A stretch of DNA of 64,000 nt, taken from positions 1,977,498 through 2,041,497 of the forward strand of contig CM082589.2 in assembly GCA_040954595.2 (NCBI GenBank), in the 5' to 3' direction. Made by a program: the position numbers and the translations under genes. Positions 1-15,000 of the stretch are shown here, in pieces; position 1 is the stretch's first letter; the number at the start of each line of letters is the position of its first letter. The notes under the pieces are model-generated. The model was not told where the DNA came from. It saw only the letters and a list, made by a program, of their open reading frames with translations, and did no database searches. The DNA comes from Balanoglossus misakiensis. Its lineage: Eukaryota > Animalia > Hemichordata.

Positions 1-12
1 CGAATCCCCCCC

Positions 13-3000
13 TTCGAAAGTTGGGAAAAGTCGAAAAATCGGCGATTTTTGACGATTTTCCTAAGCTATAACCCATGATTTCTTCAAAAAATCGACGAAT
101 TTCGAAAGTTGGGAAAAGTCGAAAAATCGGCGATTTTTGACGATTTTCCTGAGCTATAACCCATGATTTCTTCAAAAATCGACGAATTTCGAAAGTTGGG
201 AAAAGTCGAAAAATCGGCGATTTTTGACGATTTTCCTGAGCTATAACCCATGATTTCTTCAAAAATCGACGAATTTCGAAAGTTGGGAAAAGTCGAAAAA
301 TCGGCGATTTTTGACGATTTTCCTGAGCTATAACCCATGATTTCTTCAAAAATCGACGAATTTCGAAAGTTGGGAAAAGTCGAAAAATTCGGCGATTTTT
401 GACGATTTTCCTGAGCTATAACCCATGATTTCTTCAAAAATCGACGAATTTCGAAAGTTGGGAAAAGTCGAAAATTCGGCGATTTTTGACGATTTTCCTG
501 AGCTATAACCCATGATTTCTTCAAAAATCGACGAATTTCGAAAGTTGGGAAAAGTCGAAAATTCGGCGATTTTTGACGATTTTCCTGAGCTATAACCCAT
601 GATTTCTTCAAAAATCGACGAATTTCGAAAGTTGGGAAAAGTCGAAAATTCGGCGATTTTTGACGATTTTCCTGAGCTATAACCCATGATTTCTTCAAAA
701 ATCGACGAATTTCGAAAGTTGGGAAAAGTCGAAAATTCGGCGATTTTTGACGATTTTCCTGAGCTATAACCCATGATTTCTTCAAAAATCGACGAATTTC
801 GAAAGTTGGGAAAAGTCGAAAATTCGGCGATTTTTGACGATTTTCCTGAGCTATAACCCATGATTTCTTCAAAAATCGACGAATTTCGAAAGTTGGGAAA
901 AGTCGAAAAATCGGCGATTTTTGACGATTTTCCTGAGCTATAACCCATGATTTCTTCAAAAATCGACGAATTTCGAAAGTTGGGAAAAGTCGAAAATTCG
1001 GCGATTTTTGACGATTTTCCTGAGCTATAACCCATGATTTCTTCAAAAATCGACGAATTTCGTAAGTTGGGAAAAGTCGAAAATTCGGCGATTTTTGACG
1101 ATTTTCCTGAGCTATAACCCATGATTTCTTCAAAAATCGACGAATTTCGAAAGTTGGGAAAAGTCGAAAAATCGGCGATTTTTGACGATTTTCCTGAGCT
1201 ATAACCCATGATTTCTTCAAAAATCGACGAATTTCGAAAGTTGGGAAAAGTCGAAAAATCGGCGATTTTTGACGATTTTCCTGAGCTATAACCCATGATT
1301 TCTTCAAAAATCGACGAATTTCGAAAGTTGGGAAAAGTCGAAAAATCGGCGATTTTTGACGATTTTCCTGAGCTATAACCCATGATTTCTTCAAAAATCG
1401 ACGAATTTCGAAAGTTGGGAAAAGTCGAAAAATCGGCGATTTTTGACGATTTTCCTGAGCTATAACCCATGATTTCTTCAAAAATCGACGAATTTCGAAA
1501 GTTGGGAAAAGTCGAAAAATCGGCGATTTTTGACGATTTTCCTGAGCTATAACCCATGATTTCTTCAAAAATCGACGAATTTCGAAAGTTGGGAAAAGTC
1601 GAAAATTCGGCGATTTTTGACGATTTTCCTGAGCTATAACCCATGATTTCTTCAAAAATCGACGAATTTCGAAAGTTGGGAAAAGTCGAAAATTCGGCGA
1701 TTTTTGACGATTTTCCTGAGCTATAACCCATGATTTCTTCAAAAATCGACGAATTTCGAAAGTTGGGAAAAGTCGAAAATTCGGCGATTTTTGACGATTT
1801 TCCTGAGCTATAACCCATGATTTCTTCAAAAATCGACGAATTTCGAAAGTTGGGAAAAGTCGAAAAATCGGCGATTTTTGACGATTTTCCTGAGCTATAA
1901 CCCATGATTTCTTCAAAAATCGACGAATTTCGAAAGTTGGGAAAAGTCGAAAAATCGGCGATTTTTGACGATTTTCCTGAGCTATAACCCATGATTTCTT
2001 CAAAAATCGACGAATTTCGAAAGTTGGGAAAAGTCGAAAAATCGGCGATTTTTGACGATTTTCCTAGCTATAACCCATGATTTCTTCAAAAATCGACGAA
2101 TTTCGAAAGTTGGGAAAAGTCGAAAAATCGGCGATTTTTGACGATTTTCCTGAGCTATAACCCATGATTTCTTCAAAAATCGACGAATTTCGAAAGTTGG
2201 GAAAAGTCGAAAAATCGGCGATTTTTGACGATTTTCCTGAGCTATAACCCATGATTTCTTCAAAAATCGACGAATTTCGAAAGTTGGGAAAAGTCGAAAA
2301 ATCGGCGATTTTTGACGATTTTCCTGAGCTATAACCCATGATTTCTTCAAAAATCGACGAATTTCGAAAGTTGGGAAAAGTCGAAAATTCGGCGATTTTT
2401 GACGATTTTCCTGAGCTATAACCCATGATTTCTTCAAAAATCGACGAATTTCGAAAGTTGGGAAAAGTCGAAAATTCGGCGATTTTTGACGATTTTCCTG
2501 AGCTATAACCCATGATTTCTTCAAAAATCGACGAATTTCGAAAGTTGGGAAAAGTCGAAAAATCGGCGATTTTTGACGATTTTCCTGAGCTATAACCCAT
2601 GATTTCTTCAAAAATCGACGAATTTCGAAAGTTGGGAAAAGTCGAAAAATCGGCGATTTTTGACGATTTTCCTGAGCTATAACCCATGATTTCTTCAAAA
2701 ATCGACGAATTTCGAAAGTTGGGAAAAGTCGAAAAATCGGCGATTTTTGACGATTTTCCTGAGCTATAACCCATGATTTCTTCAAAAATCGACGAATTTC
2801 GAAAGTTGGGAAAAGTCGAAAAATCGGCGATTTTTGACGATTTTCCTGAGCTATAACCCATGATTTCTTCAAAAATCGACGAATTTCGAAAGTTGGGAAA
2901 AGTCGAAAATTCGGCGATTTTTGACGATTTTCCTGAGCTATAACCCATGATTTCTTCAAAAATCGACGAATTTCGAAAGTTGGGAAAAGTCGAAAAATCG

Positions 3001-6000
3001 GCGATTTTTGACGATTTTCCTGAGCTATAACCCATGATTTCTTCAAAAATCGACGAATTTCGAAAGTTGGGAAAAGTCGAAAAATCGGCGATTTTTGACG
3101 ATTTTCCTGAGCTATAACCCATGATTTCTTCAAAAATCGACGAATTTCGAAAGTTGGGAAAAGTCGAAAAATCGGCGATTTTTGACGATTTTCCTGAGCT
3201 ATAACCCATGATTTCTTCAAAAATCGACGAATTTCGAAAGTTGGGAAAAGTCGAAAATTCGGCGATTTTTGACGATTTTCCTGAGCTATAACCCATGATT
3301 TCTTCAAAAATCGACGAATTTCGAAAGTTGGGAAAAGTCGAAAATTCGGCGATTTTTGACGATTTTCCTGAGCTATAACCCATGATTTCTTCAAAAATCG
3401 ACGAATTTCGAAAGTTGGGAAAAGTCGAAAATTCGGCGATTTTTGACGATTTTCCTGAGCTATAACCCATGATTTCTTCAAAAATCGACGAATTTCGAAA
3501 GTTGGGAAAAGTCGAAAATTCGGCGATTTTTGACGATTTTCCTGAGCTATAACCCATGATTTCTTCAAAAATCGACGAATTTCGAAAGTTGGGAAAAGTC
3601 GAAAAATCGGCGATTTTTGACGATTTTCCTGAGCTATAACCCATGATTTCTTCAAAAATCGACGAATTTCGAAAGTTGGGAAAAGTCGAAAATTCGGCGA
3701 TTTTTGACGATTTTCCTGAGCTATAACCCATGATTTCTTCAAAAATCGACGAATTTCGAAAGTTGGGAAAAGTCGAAAATTCGGCGATTTTTGACGATTT
3801 TCCTGAGCTATAACCCATGATTTCTTCAAAAATCAACGAATTTCGAAAGTTGGGAAAAGTCGAAAAATCGGCGATTTTTGACGATTTTCCTGAGCTATAA
3901 CCCATGATTTCTTCAAAAATCGACGAATTTCGAAAGTTGGGAAAAGTCGAAAAATCGGCGATTTTTGACGATTTTCCTGAGCTATAACCCATGATTTCTT
4001 CAAAAATCGACGAATTTCGAAAGTTGGGAAAAGTCGAAAATTCGGCGATTTTTGACGATTTTCCTGAGCTATAACCCATGATTTCTTCAAAAATCGACGA
4101 ATTTCGAAAGTTGGGAAAAGTCGAAAAATCGGCGATTTTTGACGATTTTCCTGAGCTATAACCCATGATTTCTTCAAAAATCGACGAATTTCGAAAGTTG
4201 GGAAAAGTCGAAAAATCGGCGATTTTTGACGATTTTCCTGAGCTATAACCCATGATTTCTTCAAAAATCGACGAATTTCGAAAGTTGGGAAAAGTCGAAA
4301 AATCGGCGATTTTTGACGATTTTCCTGAGCTATAACCCATGATTTCTTCAAAAATCGACGAATTTCGAAAGTTGGGAAAAGTCGAAAATTCGGCGATTTT
4401 TGACGATTTTCCTGAGCTATAACCCATGATTTCTTCAAAAATCGACGAATTTCGAAAGTTGGGAAAAGTCGAAAAATCGGCGATTTTTGACGATTTTCCT
4501 GAGCTATAACCCATGATTTCTTCAAAAATCGACGAATTTCGAAAGTTGGGAAAAGTCGAAAATTCGGCGATTTTTGACGATTTTCCTGAGCTATAACCCA
4601 TGATTTCTTCAAAAATCGACGAATTTCGAAAGTTGGGAAACGTCGAAAAATCGGCGATTTTTGACGATTTTCCTGAGCTATAACCCATGATTTCTTCAAA
4701 AATCGACGAATTTCGAAAGTTGGGAAACGTCGAAAATTCGGCGATTTTTGACGATTTTCCTGAGCTATAACCCATGATTTCTTCAAAAATCGACGAATTT
4801 CGAAAGTTGGGAAAAGTCGAAAATTCGGCGAATTTTGACGATTTTCCTGAGCTATAACCCATGATTTCTTCAAAAATCGACGAATTTCGAAAGTTGGGAA
4901 AAGTCGAAAATTCGGCGATTTTTGACGATTTTCCTGAGCTATAACCCATGATTTCTTCAAAAATCGACGAATTTCGAAATTTGGGAAAAGTCGAAAATTC
5001 GGCGATTTTTGACGATTTTCCTGAGCTATAACCCATGATTTCTTCAAAAATCGACGAATTTCGAAAGTTGGGAAAAGTCGAAAATTCGCCGATTTTTGAC
5101 GATTTTCCTGAGCTATAACCCATGATTTCTTCAAAAATCGACGAATTTCGAAAGTTGGGAAAAGTCGAAAATTCGGCGATTTTTGACGATTTTCCTGAGC
5201 TATAACCCATGATTTCTTCAAAAATCAACGAATTTCGAAAGTTGGGAAAAGTCGAAAAATCGGCGATTTTTGACGATTTTCCTGAGCTATAACCCATGAT
5301 TTCTTCAAAAATCGACGAATTTCGAAAGTTGGGAAAAGTCGAAAAATCGGCGATTTTTGACGATTTTCCTGAGCTATAACCCATGATTTCTTCAAAAATC
5401 GACGAATTTCGTAAGTTGGGAAAAGTCGAAAATTCGGCGATTTTTGACGATTTTCCTGAGCTATAACCCATGATTTCTTCAAAAATCGACGAATTTCGAA
5501 AGTTGGGAAAAGTCGAAAAATCGGCGATTTTTGACGATTTTCCTGAGCTATAACCCATGATTTCTTCAAAAATCGACGAATTTCGAAAGTTGGGAAAAGT
5601 CGAAAAATCGGCGATTTTTGACGATTTTCCTGAGCTATAACCCATGATTTCTTCAAAAATCGACGAATTTCGAAAGTTGGGAAAAGTCGAAAAATCGGCG
5701 ATTTTTGACGATTTTCCTGAGCTATAACCCATGATTTCTTCAAAAATCGACGAATTTCGAAAGTTGGGAAAAGTCGAAAATTCGGCGATTTTTGACGATT
5801 TTCCTGAGCTATAACCCATGATTTCTTCAAAAATCGACGAATTTCGAAAGTTGGGAAACGTCGAAAATTCGGCGATTTTTGACGATTTTCCTGAGCTATA
5901 ACCCATGATTTCTTCAAAAATCGACGAATTTCGAAAGTTGGGAAAAGTCGAAAATTCGGCGAATTTTGACGATTTTCCTGAGCTATAACCCATGATTTCT

Positions 6001-9000
6001 TCAAAAATCGACGAATTTCGAAAGTTGGGAAAAGTCGAAAATTCGGCGATTTTTGACGATTTTCCTGAGCTATAACCCATGATTTCTTCAAAAATCGACG
6101 AATTTCGAAATTTGGGAAAAGTCGAAAATTCGGCGATTTTTGACGATTTTCCTGAGCTATAACCCATGATTTCTTCAAAAATCGACGAATTTCGAAAGTT
6201 GGGAAAAGTCGAAAATTCGCCGATTTTTGACGATTTTCCTGAGCTATAACCCATGATTTCTTCAAAAATCGACGAATTTCGAAAGTTGGGAAAAGTCGAA
6301 AATTCGGCGATTTTTGACGATTTTCCTGAGCTATAACCCATGATTTCTTCAAAAATCAACGAATTTCGAAAGTTGGGAAAAGTCGAAAAATCGGCGATTT
6401 TGACGATTTTCCTGAGCTATAACCCATGATTTCTTCAAAAATCGACGAATTTCGAAAGTTGGGAAAAGTCGAAAAATCGGCGATTTTTGACGATTTTCCT
6501 GAGCTATAACCCATGATTTCTTCAAAAATCGACGAATTTCGTAAGTTGGGAAAAGTCGAAAATTCGGCGATTTTTGACGATTTTCCTGAGCTATAACCCA
6601 TGATTTCTTCAAAAATCGACGAATTTCGAAAGTTGGGAAAAGTCGAAAAATCGGCGATTTTTGACGATTTTCCTGAGCTATAACCCATGATTTCTTCAAA
6701 AATCGACGAATTTCGAAAGTTGGGAAAAGTCGAAAAATCGGCGATTTTTGACGATTTTCCTGAGCTATAACCCATGATTTCTTCAAAAATCGACGAATTT
6801 CGAAAGTTGGGAAAAGTCGAAAAATCGGCGATTTTGACGATTTTCCTGAGCTATAACCCATGATTTCTTCAAAAATCGACGAATTTCGAAAGTTGGGAAA
6901 AGTCGAAAATTCGGCGATTTTTGACGATTTTCCTGAGCTATTACCCATGATTTCTTCAAAAATCGACGAATTTCGAAAGTTGGGAAAAGTCGAAAATTCG
7001 GCGATTTTTGACGATTTTCCTGAGCTATAACCCATGATTTCTTCAAAAATCGACGAATTTCGAAAGTTGGGAAAAGTCGAAAATTCGGCGATTTTTGACG
7101 ATTTTCCTGAGCTATAACCCATGATTTCTTCAAAATCGACGAATTTCGAAAGTTGGGAAAAGTCGAAAAATCGGCGATTTTTGACGATTTTCCTGAGCTA
7201 TAACCCATGATTTCTTCAAAAATCGACGAATTTCGAAAGTTGGGAAAAGTCGAAAAATCGGCGATTTTTGACGATTTTCCTGAGCTATAACCCATGATTT
7301 CTTCAAAAATCGACGAATTTCGAAAGTTGGGAAAAGTCGAAAAATCGGCGATTTTTGACGATTTTCCTGAGCTATAACCCATGATTTCTTCAAAAATCGA
7401 CGAATTTCGAAAGTTGGGAAAAGTCGAAAAATCGGCGATTTTTGACGATTTTCCTGGGAATAACCCATGATTTCTTCAAAAATCGACGAATTTCGAAAGT
7501 TGGGAAAAGTCGAAAATTCGGCGATTTTTGACGATTTTCCTGAGCTATAACCCATGATTTCTTCAAAAATCGACGAATTTCGAAAGTTGGGAAAAGTCGA
7601 AAAATCGGCGATTTTGACGATTTTCCTGAGCTATAACCCATGATTTCTTCAAAAATCGACGAATTTCGAAAGTTGGGAAAAGTCGAAAATTCGGCGATTT
7701 TTGACGATTTTCCTGAGCTATAACCCATGATTTCTTCAAAAATCGACGAATTTCGTAAGTTGGGAAAAGTCGAAATTCGGCGATTTTTGACGATTTTCCT
7801 GAGCTATAACCCATGATTTCTTCAAAAATCGACGAATTTCGAAAGTTGGGAAACGTCGAAAATTCGGCGATTTTTGACGATTTTCCTGAGCTATAACCCA
7901 TGATTTCTTCAAAAATCGACGAATTTCGAAAGTTGGGAAAAGTCGAAAATTCGGCGAATTTTGACGATTTTCCTGAGCTATAACCCATGATTTCTTCAAA
8001 AATCGACGAATTTCGAAAGTTGGGAAAAGTCGAAAATTCGGCGATTTTTGACGATTTTCCTGAGCTATAACCCATGATTTCTTCAAAAATCGACGAATTT
8101 CGAAATTTGGGAAAAGTCGAAAATTCGGCGATTTTTGACGATTTTCCTGAGCTATAACCCATGATTTCTTCAAAAATCGACGAATTTCGAAAGTTGGGAA
8201 AAGTCGAAAATTCGCCGATTTTTGACGATTTTCCTGAGCTATAACCCATGATTTCTTCAAAAATCGACGAATTTCGAAAGTTGGGAAAAGTCGAAAATTC
8301 GGCGATTTTTGACGATTTTCCTGAGCTATAACCCATGATTTCTTCAAAAATCAACGAATTTCGAAAGTTGGGAAAAGTCGAAAAATCGGCGATTTTGACG
8401 ATTTTCCTGAGCTATAACCCATGATTTCTTCAAAAATCGACGAATTTCGAAAGTTGGGAAAAGTCGAAAAATCGGCGATTTTTGACGATTTTCCTGAGCT
8501 ATAACCCATGATTTCTTCAAAAATCGACGAATTTCGTAAGTTGGGAAAAGTCGAAAATTCGGCGATTTTTGACGATTTTCCTGAGCTATAACCCATGATT
8601 TCTTCAAAAATCGACGAATTTCGAAAGTTGGGAAAAGTCGAAAAATCGGCGATTTTTGACGATTTTCCTGAGCTATAACCCATGATTTCTTCAAAAATCG
8701 ACGAATTTCGAAAGTTGGGAAAAGTCGAAAAATCGGCGATTTTTGACGATTTTCTGAGCTATAACCCATGATTTCTTCAAAAATCGACGAATTTCGAAAG
8801 TTGGGAAAAGTCGAAAAATCGGCGATTTTTGACGATTTTCCTGAGCTATAACCCATGATTTCTTCAAAAATCGACGAATTTCGAAAGTTGGGGAAAAGTC
8901 GAAAATTCGGCGATTTTTGACGATTTTCCTGAGCTATTACCCATGATTTCTTCAAAAATCGACGAATTTCGAAAGTTGGGAAAAGTCGAAAATTCGGCGA

Positions 9001-12000
9001 TTTTTGACGATTTTCCTGAGCTATAACCCATGATTTCTTCAAAAATCGACGAATTTCGAAAGTTGGGAAAAGTCGAAAATTCGGCGATTTTTGACGATTT
9101 TCCTGAGCTATAACCCATGATTTCTTCAAAAATCGACGAATTTCGAAAGTTGGGAAAAGTCGAAAATCGGCGATTTTTGACGATTTTCCTGAGCTATAAC
9201 CCATGATTTCTTCAAAAATCGACGAATTTCGAAAGTTGGGAAAAGTCGAAAAATCGGCGATTTTTGACGATTTTCCTGAGCTATAACCCATGATTTCTTC
9301 AAAAATCGACGAATTTCGAAAGTTGGGAAAAGTCGAAAAATCGGCGATTTTTGACGATTTTCCTGAGCTATAACCCATGATTTCTTCAAAAATCGACGAA
9401 TTTCGAAAGTTGGGAAAAGTCGAAAAATCGGCGATTTTTGACGATTTTCCTGGGAATAACCCATGATTTCTTCAAAAATCGACGAATTTCGAAAGTTGGG
9501 AAAAGTCGAAAATTCGGCGATTTTTGACGATTTTCCTGAGCTATAACCCATGATTTCTTCAAAAATCGACGAATTTCGAAAGTTGGGAAAAGTCGAAAAA
9601 TCGGCGATTTTTGACGATTTTCCTGAGCTATAACCCATGATTTCTTCAAAAATCGACGAATTTCGAAAGTTGGGAAAAGTCGAAAATTCGGCGATTTTTG
9701 ACGATTTTCCTGAGCTATAACCCATGATTTCTTCAAAAATCGACGAATTTCGTAAGTTGGGAAAAGTCGAAAATTCGGCGATTTTTGACGATTTTCCTGA
9801 GCTATAACCCATGATTTCTTCAAAAATCGACGAATTTCGAAAGTTGGGAAAAGTCGAAAAATCGGCGATTTTTGACGATTTTCCTGAGCTATAACCCATG
9901 ATTTCTTCAAAAATCGACGAATTTCGAAAGTTGGGAAAAGTCGAAAAATCGGCGATTTTTGACGATTTTCCTGAGCTATAACCCATGATTTCTTCAAAAA
10001 TCGACGAATTTCGAAAGTTGGGAAAAAGTCGAAAAATCGGCGATTTTTGACGATTTTCCTGAGCTATAACCCATGATTTCTTCAAAAATCGACGAATTTC
10101 GAAAGTTGGGAAAAGTCGAAAATTCGGCGATTTTTGACGATTTTCCTGAGCTATAACCCATGATTTCTTCAAAAATCGACGAATTTCGAAAGTTGGGAAA
10201 AGTCGAAAATTCGGCGATTTTTGACGATTTTCCTGAGCTATAACCCATGATTTCTTCAAAAATCGACGAATTTCGAAAGTTGGGAAAAGTCGAAAATTCG
10301 GCGATTTTTGACGATTTTCCTGAGCTATAACCCATGATTTCTTCAAAAATCGACGAATTTCGAAAGTTGGGAAAAGTCGAAAAATCGGCGATTTTTGACG
10401 ATTTTCCTGAGCTATAACCCATGATTTCTTCAAAAATCGACGAATTTCGAAAGTTGGGAAAAGTCGAAAAATCGGCGATTTTTGACGATTTTCCTGAGCT
10501 ATAACCCATGATTTCTTCAAAAATCGACGAATTTCGAAAGTTGGGAAAAGTCGAAAAATCGGCGATTTTTGACGATTTTCCTGAGCTATAACCCATGATT
10601 TCTTCAAAAATCGACGAATTTCGAAAGTTGGGAAAAGTCGAAAAATCGGCGATTTTTGACGATTTTCCTGAGCTATAACCCATGATTTCTTAAAAAATCG
10701 ACGAATTTCGAAAGTTGGGAAAAGTCGAAAAATCGGCGATTTTTGACGATTTTCCTGAGCTATAACCCATGATTTCTTCAAAAATCGACGAATTTCGAAA
10801 GTTGGGAAACGTCGAAAATTCGGCGATTTTTGACGATTTTCCTGAGCTATAACCCATGATTTCTTCAAAAATCGACGAATTTCGAAAGTTGGGAAAAGTC
10901 GAAAAATTCGGCGAATTTTGACGATTTTCCTGAGCTATAACCCATGATTTCTTCAAAAATCGACGAATTTCGAAAGTTGGGAAAAGTCGAAAATTCGGCG
11001 ATTTTTGACGATTTTCCTGAGCTATAACCCATGATTTCTTCAAAAATCGACGAATTTCGAAATTTGGGAAAAGTCGAAAATTCGGCGATTTTTGACGATT
11101 TTCCTGAGCTATAACCCATGATTTCTTCAAAAATCGACGAATTTCGAAAGTTGGGAAAAGTCGAAAATTCGCCGATTTTTGACGATTTTCCTGAGCTATA
11201 ACCCATGATTTCTTCAAAAATCGACGAATTTCGAAAGTTGGGAAAAGTCGAAAATTCGGCGATTTTTGACGATTTTCCTGAGCTATAACCCATGATTTCT
11301 TCAAAAATCAACGAATTTCGAAAGTTGGGAAAAGTCGAAAAATCGGCGATTTTTGACGATTTTCCTGAGCTATAACCCATGATTTCTTCAAAAATCGACG
11401 AATTTCGAAAGTTGGGAAAAGTCGAAAAATCGGCGATTTTTGACGATTTTCCTGAGCTATAACCCATGATTTCTTCAAAAATCGACGAATTTCGTAAGTT
11501 GGGAAAAGTCGAAAATTCGGCGATTTTTGACGATTTTCCTGAGCTATAACCCATGATTTCTTCAAAAATCGACGAATTTCGAAAGTTGGGAAAAGTCGAA
11601 AAATCGGCGATTTTTGACGATTTTCCTGAGCTATAACCCATGATTTCTTCAAAAATCGACGAATTTCGAAAGTTGGGAAAAGTCGAAAAATCGGCGATTT
11701 TTGACGATTTTCCTGAGCTATAACCCATGATTTCTTCAAAAATCGACGAATTTCGAAAGTTGGGAAAAGTCGAAAAATCGGCGATTTTTGACGATTTTCC
11801 TGAGCTATAACCCATGATTTCTTCAAAAATCGACGAATTTCGAAAGTTGGGAAAAGTCGAAAATTCGGCGATTTTTGACGATTTTCCTGAGCTATAACCC
11901 ATGATTTCTTCAAAAATCGACGAATTTCGAAAGTTGGGAAAAGTCGAAAATTCGGCGATTTTTGACGATTTTCCTGAGCTATAACCCATGATTTCTTCAA

Positions 12001-15000
12001 AAATCGACGAATTTCGAAAGTTGGGAAAAGTCGAAAATTCGGCGATTTTTGACGATTTTCCTGAGCTATAACCCATGATTTCTTCAAAAATCGACGAATT
12101 TCGAAAGTTGGGAAAAGTCGAAAAATCGGCGATTTTTGACGATTTTCCTGAGCTATAACCCATGATTTCTTCAAAAATCGACGAATTTCGAAAGTTGGGA
12201 AAAGTCGAAAAATCGGCGATTTTTGACGATTTTCCTGAGCTATAACCCATGATTTCTTCAAAAATCGACGAATTTCGAAAGTTGGGAAAAGTCGAAAAAT
12301 CGGCGATTTTTGACGATTTTCCTGAGCTATAACCCATGATTTCTTCAAAAATCGACGAATTTCGAAAGTTGGGAAAAGTCGAAAAATCGGCGATTTTTGA
12401 CGATTTTCCTGAGCTATAACCCATGATTTCTTCAAAAATCGACGAATTTCGAAAGTTGGGAAAAGTCGAAAAATCGGCGATTTTTGACGATTTTCCTGAG
12501 CTATAACCCATGATTTCTTCAAAAATCGACGAATTTCGAAAGTTGGGAAAAGTCGAAAAATCGGCGATTTTTGACGATTTTCCTGAGCTATAACCCATGA
12601 TTTCTTCAAAAATCGACGAATTTCGAAAGTTGGGAAAAGTCGAAAAATCGGCGATTTTTGACGATTTTCCTGAGCTATAACCCATGATTTCTTCAAAAAT
12701 CGACGAATTTCGAAAGTTGGGAAAAGTCGAAAATTCGGCGAATTTTGACGATTTTCCTGAGCTATAACCCATGATTTCTTCAAAAATCGACGAATTTCGA
12801 AAGTTGGGAAAAGTCGAAAATTCGGCGATTTTTGACGATTTTCCTGAGCTATAACCCATGATTTCTTCAAAAATCGACGAATTTCGAAATTTGGGAAAAG
12901 TCGAAAATTCGGCGATTTTTGACGATTTTCCTGAGCTATAACCCATGATTTCTTCAAAAATCGACGAATTTCGAAAGTTGGGAAAAGTCGAAAATTCGCC
13001 GATTTTTGACGATTTTCCTGAGCTATAACCCATGATTTCTTCAAAAATCGACGAATTTCGAAAGTTGGGAAAAGTCGAAAATTCGGCGATTTTTGACGAT
13101 TTTCCTGAGCTATAACCCATGATTTCTTCAAAAATCAACGAATTTCGAAAGTTGGGAAAAGTCGAAAAATCGGCGATTTTTGACGATTTTCCTGAGCTAT
13201 AACCCATGATTTCTTCAAAAATCGACGAATTTCGAAAGTTGGGAAAAGTCGAAAATTCGGCGATTTTTGACGATTTTCCTGAGCTATAACCCATGATTTC
13301 TTCAAAAATCGACGAATTTCGAAAGTTGGGAAAAGTCGAAAATTCGGCGATTTTTGACGATTTTCCTGAGCTATAACCCATGATTTCTTCAAAAATCGAC
13401 GAATTTCGAAAGTTGGGAAAAGTCGAAAATTCGGCGATTTTTGACGATTTTCCTGAGCTATAACCCATGATTTCTTCAAAAATCGACGAATTTCGAAAGT
13501 TGGGAAAAGTCGAAAAATCGGCGATTTTTGACGATTTTCCTGAGCTATAACCCATGATTTCTTCAAAAATCGACGAATTTCGAAAGTTGGGAAAAGTCGA
13601 AAAATCGGCGATTTTTGACGATTTTCCTGAGCTATAACCCATGATTTCTTCAAAAATCGACGAATTTCGAAAGTTGGGAAAAGTCGAAAAATCGGCGATT
13701 TTTGACGATTTTCCTGAGCTATAACCCATGATTTCTTCAAAAATCGACGAATTTCGAAAGTTGGGAAAAGTCGAAAAATCGGCGATTTTTGACGATTTTC
13801 CTGGGAATAACCCATGATTTCTTCAAAAATCGACGAATTTCGAAAGTTGGGAAAAGTCGAAAAATCGGCGATTTTTGACGATTTTCCTGAGCTATAACCC
13901 ATGATTTCTTCAAAAATCGACGAATTTCGAAAGTTGGGAAAAGTCGAAAAATCGGCGATTTTTGACGATTTTCCTGAGCTATAACCCATGATTTCTTCAA
14001 AAATCGACGAATTTCGAAAGTTGGGAAAAGTCGAAAAATCGGCGATTTTTGACGATTTTCCTGAGCTATAACCCATGATTTCTTCAAAAATCGACGAATT
14101 TCGAAAGTTGGGAAAAGTCGAAAATTCGGCGAATTTTGACGATTTTCCTGAGCTATAACCCATGATTTCTTCAAAAATCGACGAATTTCGAAAGTTGGGA
14201 AAAGTCGAAAATTCGGCGATTTTTGACGATTTTCCTGAGCTATAACCCATGATTTCTTCAAAAATCGACGAATTTCGAAATTTGGGAAAAGTCGAAAATT
14301 CGGCGATTTTTGACGATTTTCCTGAGCTATAACCCATGATTTCTTCAAAAATCGACGAATTTCGAAAGTTGGGAAAAGTCGAAAATTCGCCGATTTTTGA
14401 CGATTTTCCTGAGCTATAACCCATGATTTCTTCAAAAATCGACGAATTTCGAAAGTTGGGAAAAGTCGAAAATTCGGCGATTTTTGACGATTTTCCTGAG
14501 CTATAACCCATGATTTCTTCAAAAATCAACGAATTTCGAAAGTTGGGAAAAGTCGAAAAATCGGCGATTTTTGACGATTTTCCTGAGCTATAACCCATGA
14601 TTTCTTCAAAAATCGACGAATTTCGAAAGTTGGGAAAAGTCGAAAAATCGGCGATTTTTGACGATTTTCCTGAGCTATAACCCATGATTTCTTCAAAAAT
14701 CGACGAATTTCGAAAGTTGGGAAAAGTCGAAAAATCGGCGATTTTTGACGATTTTCCTGAGCTATAACCCATGATTTCTTCAAAAATCGACGAATTTCGA
14801 AAGTTGGGAAAAGTCGAAAAATCGGCGATTTTTGACGATTTTCCTGAGCTATAACCCATGATTTCTTCAAAAATCGACGAATTTCGAAAGTTGGGAAAAG
14901 TCGAAAATTCGGCGATTTTTGACGATTTTCCTGAGCTATAACCCATGATTTCTTCAAAAATCGACGAATTTCGAAAGTTGGGAAAAGTCGAAAATTCGGC

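Noticed and set aside
1-13. Telomere at the window start
   Set aside because: Only a C7 run; no CCCTAA-type tandem repeat.
13-100. CENP-B box in the monomer (TTTCGAAAGTTGGGA)
   Set aside because: The spacing and the CGGG half of NTTCGNNNNANNCGGGN do not match.
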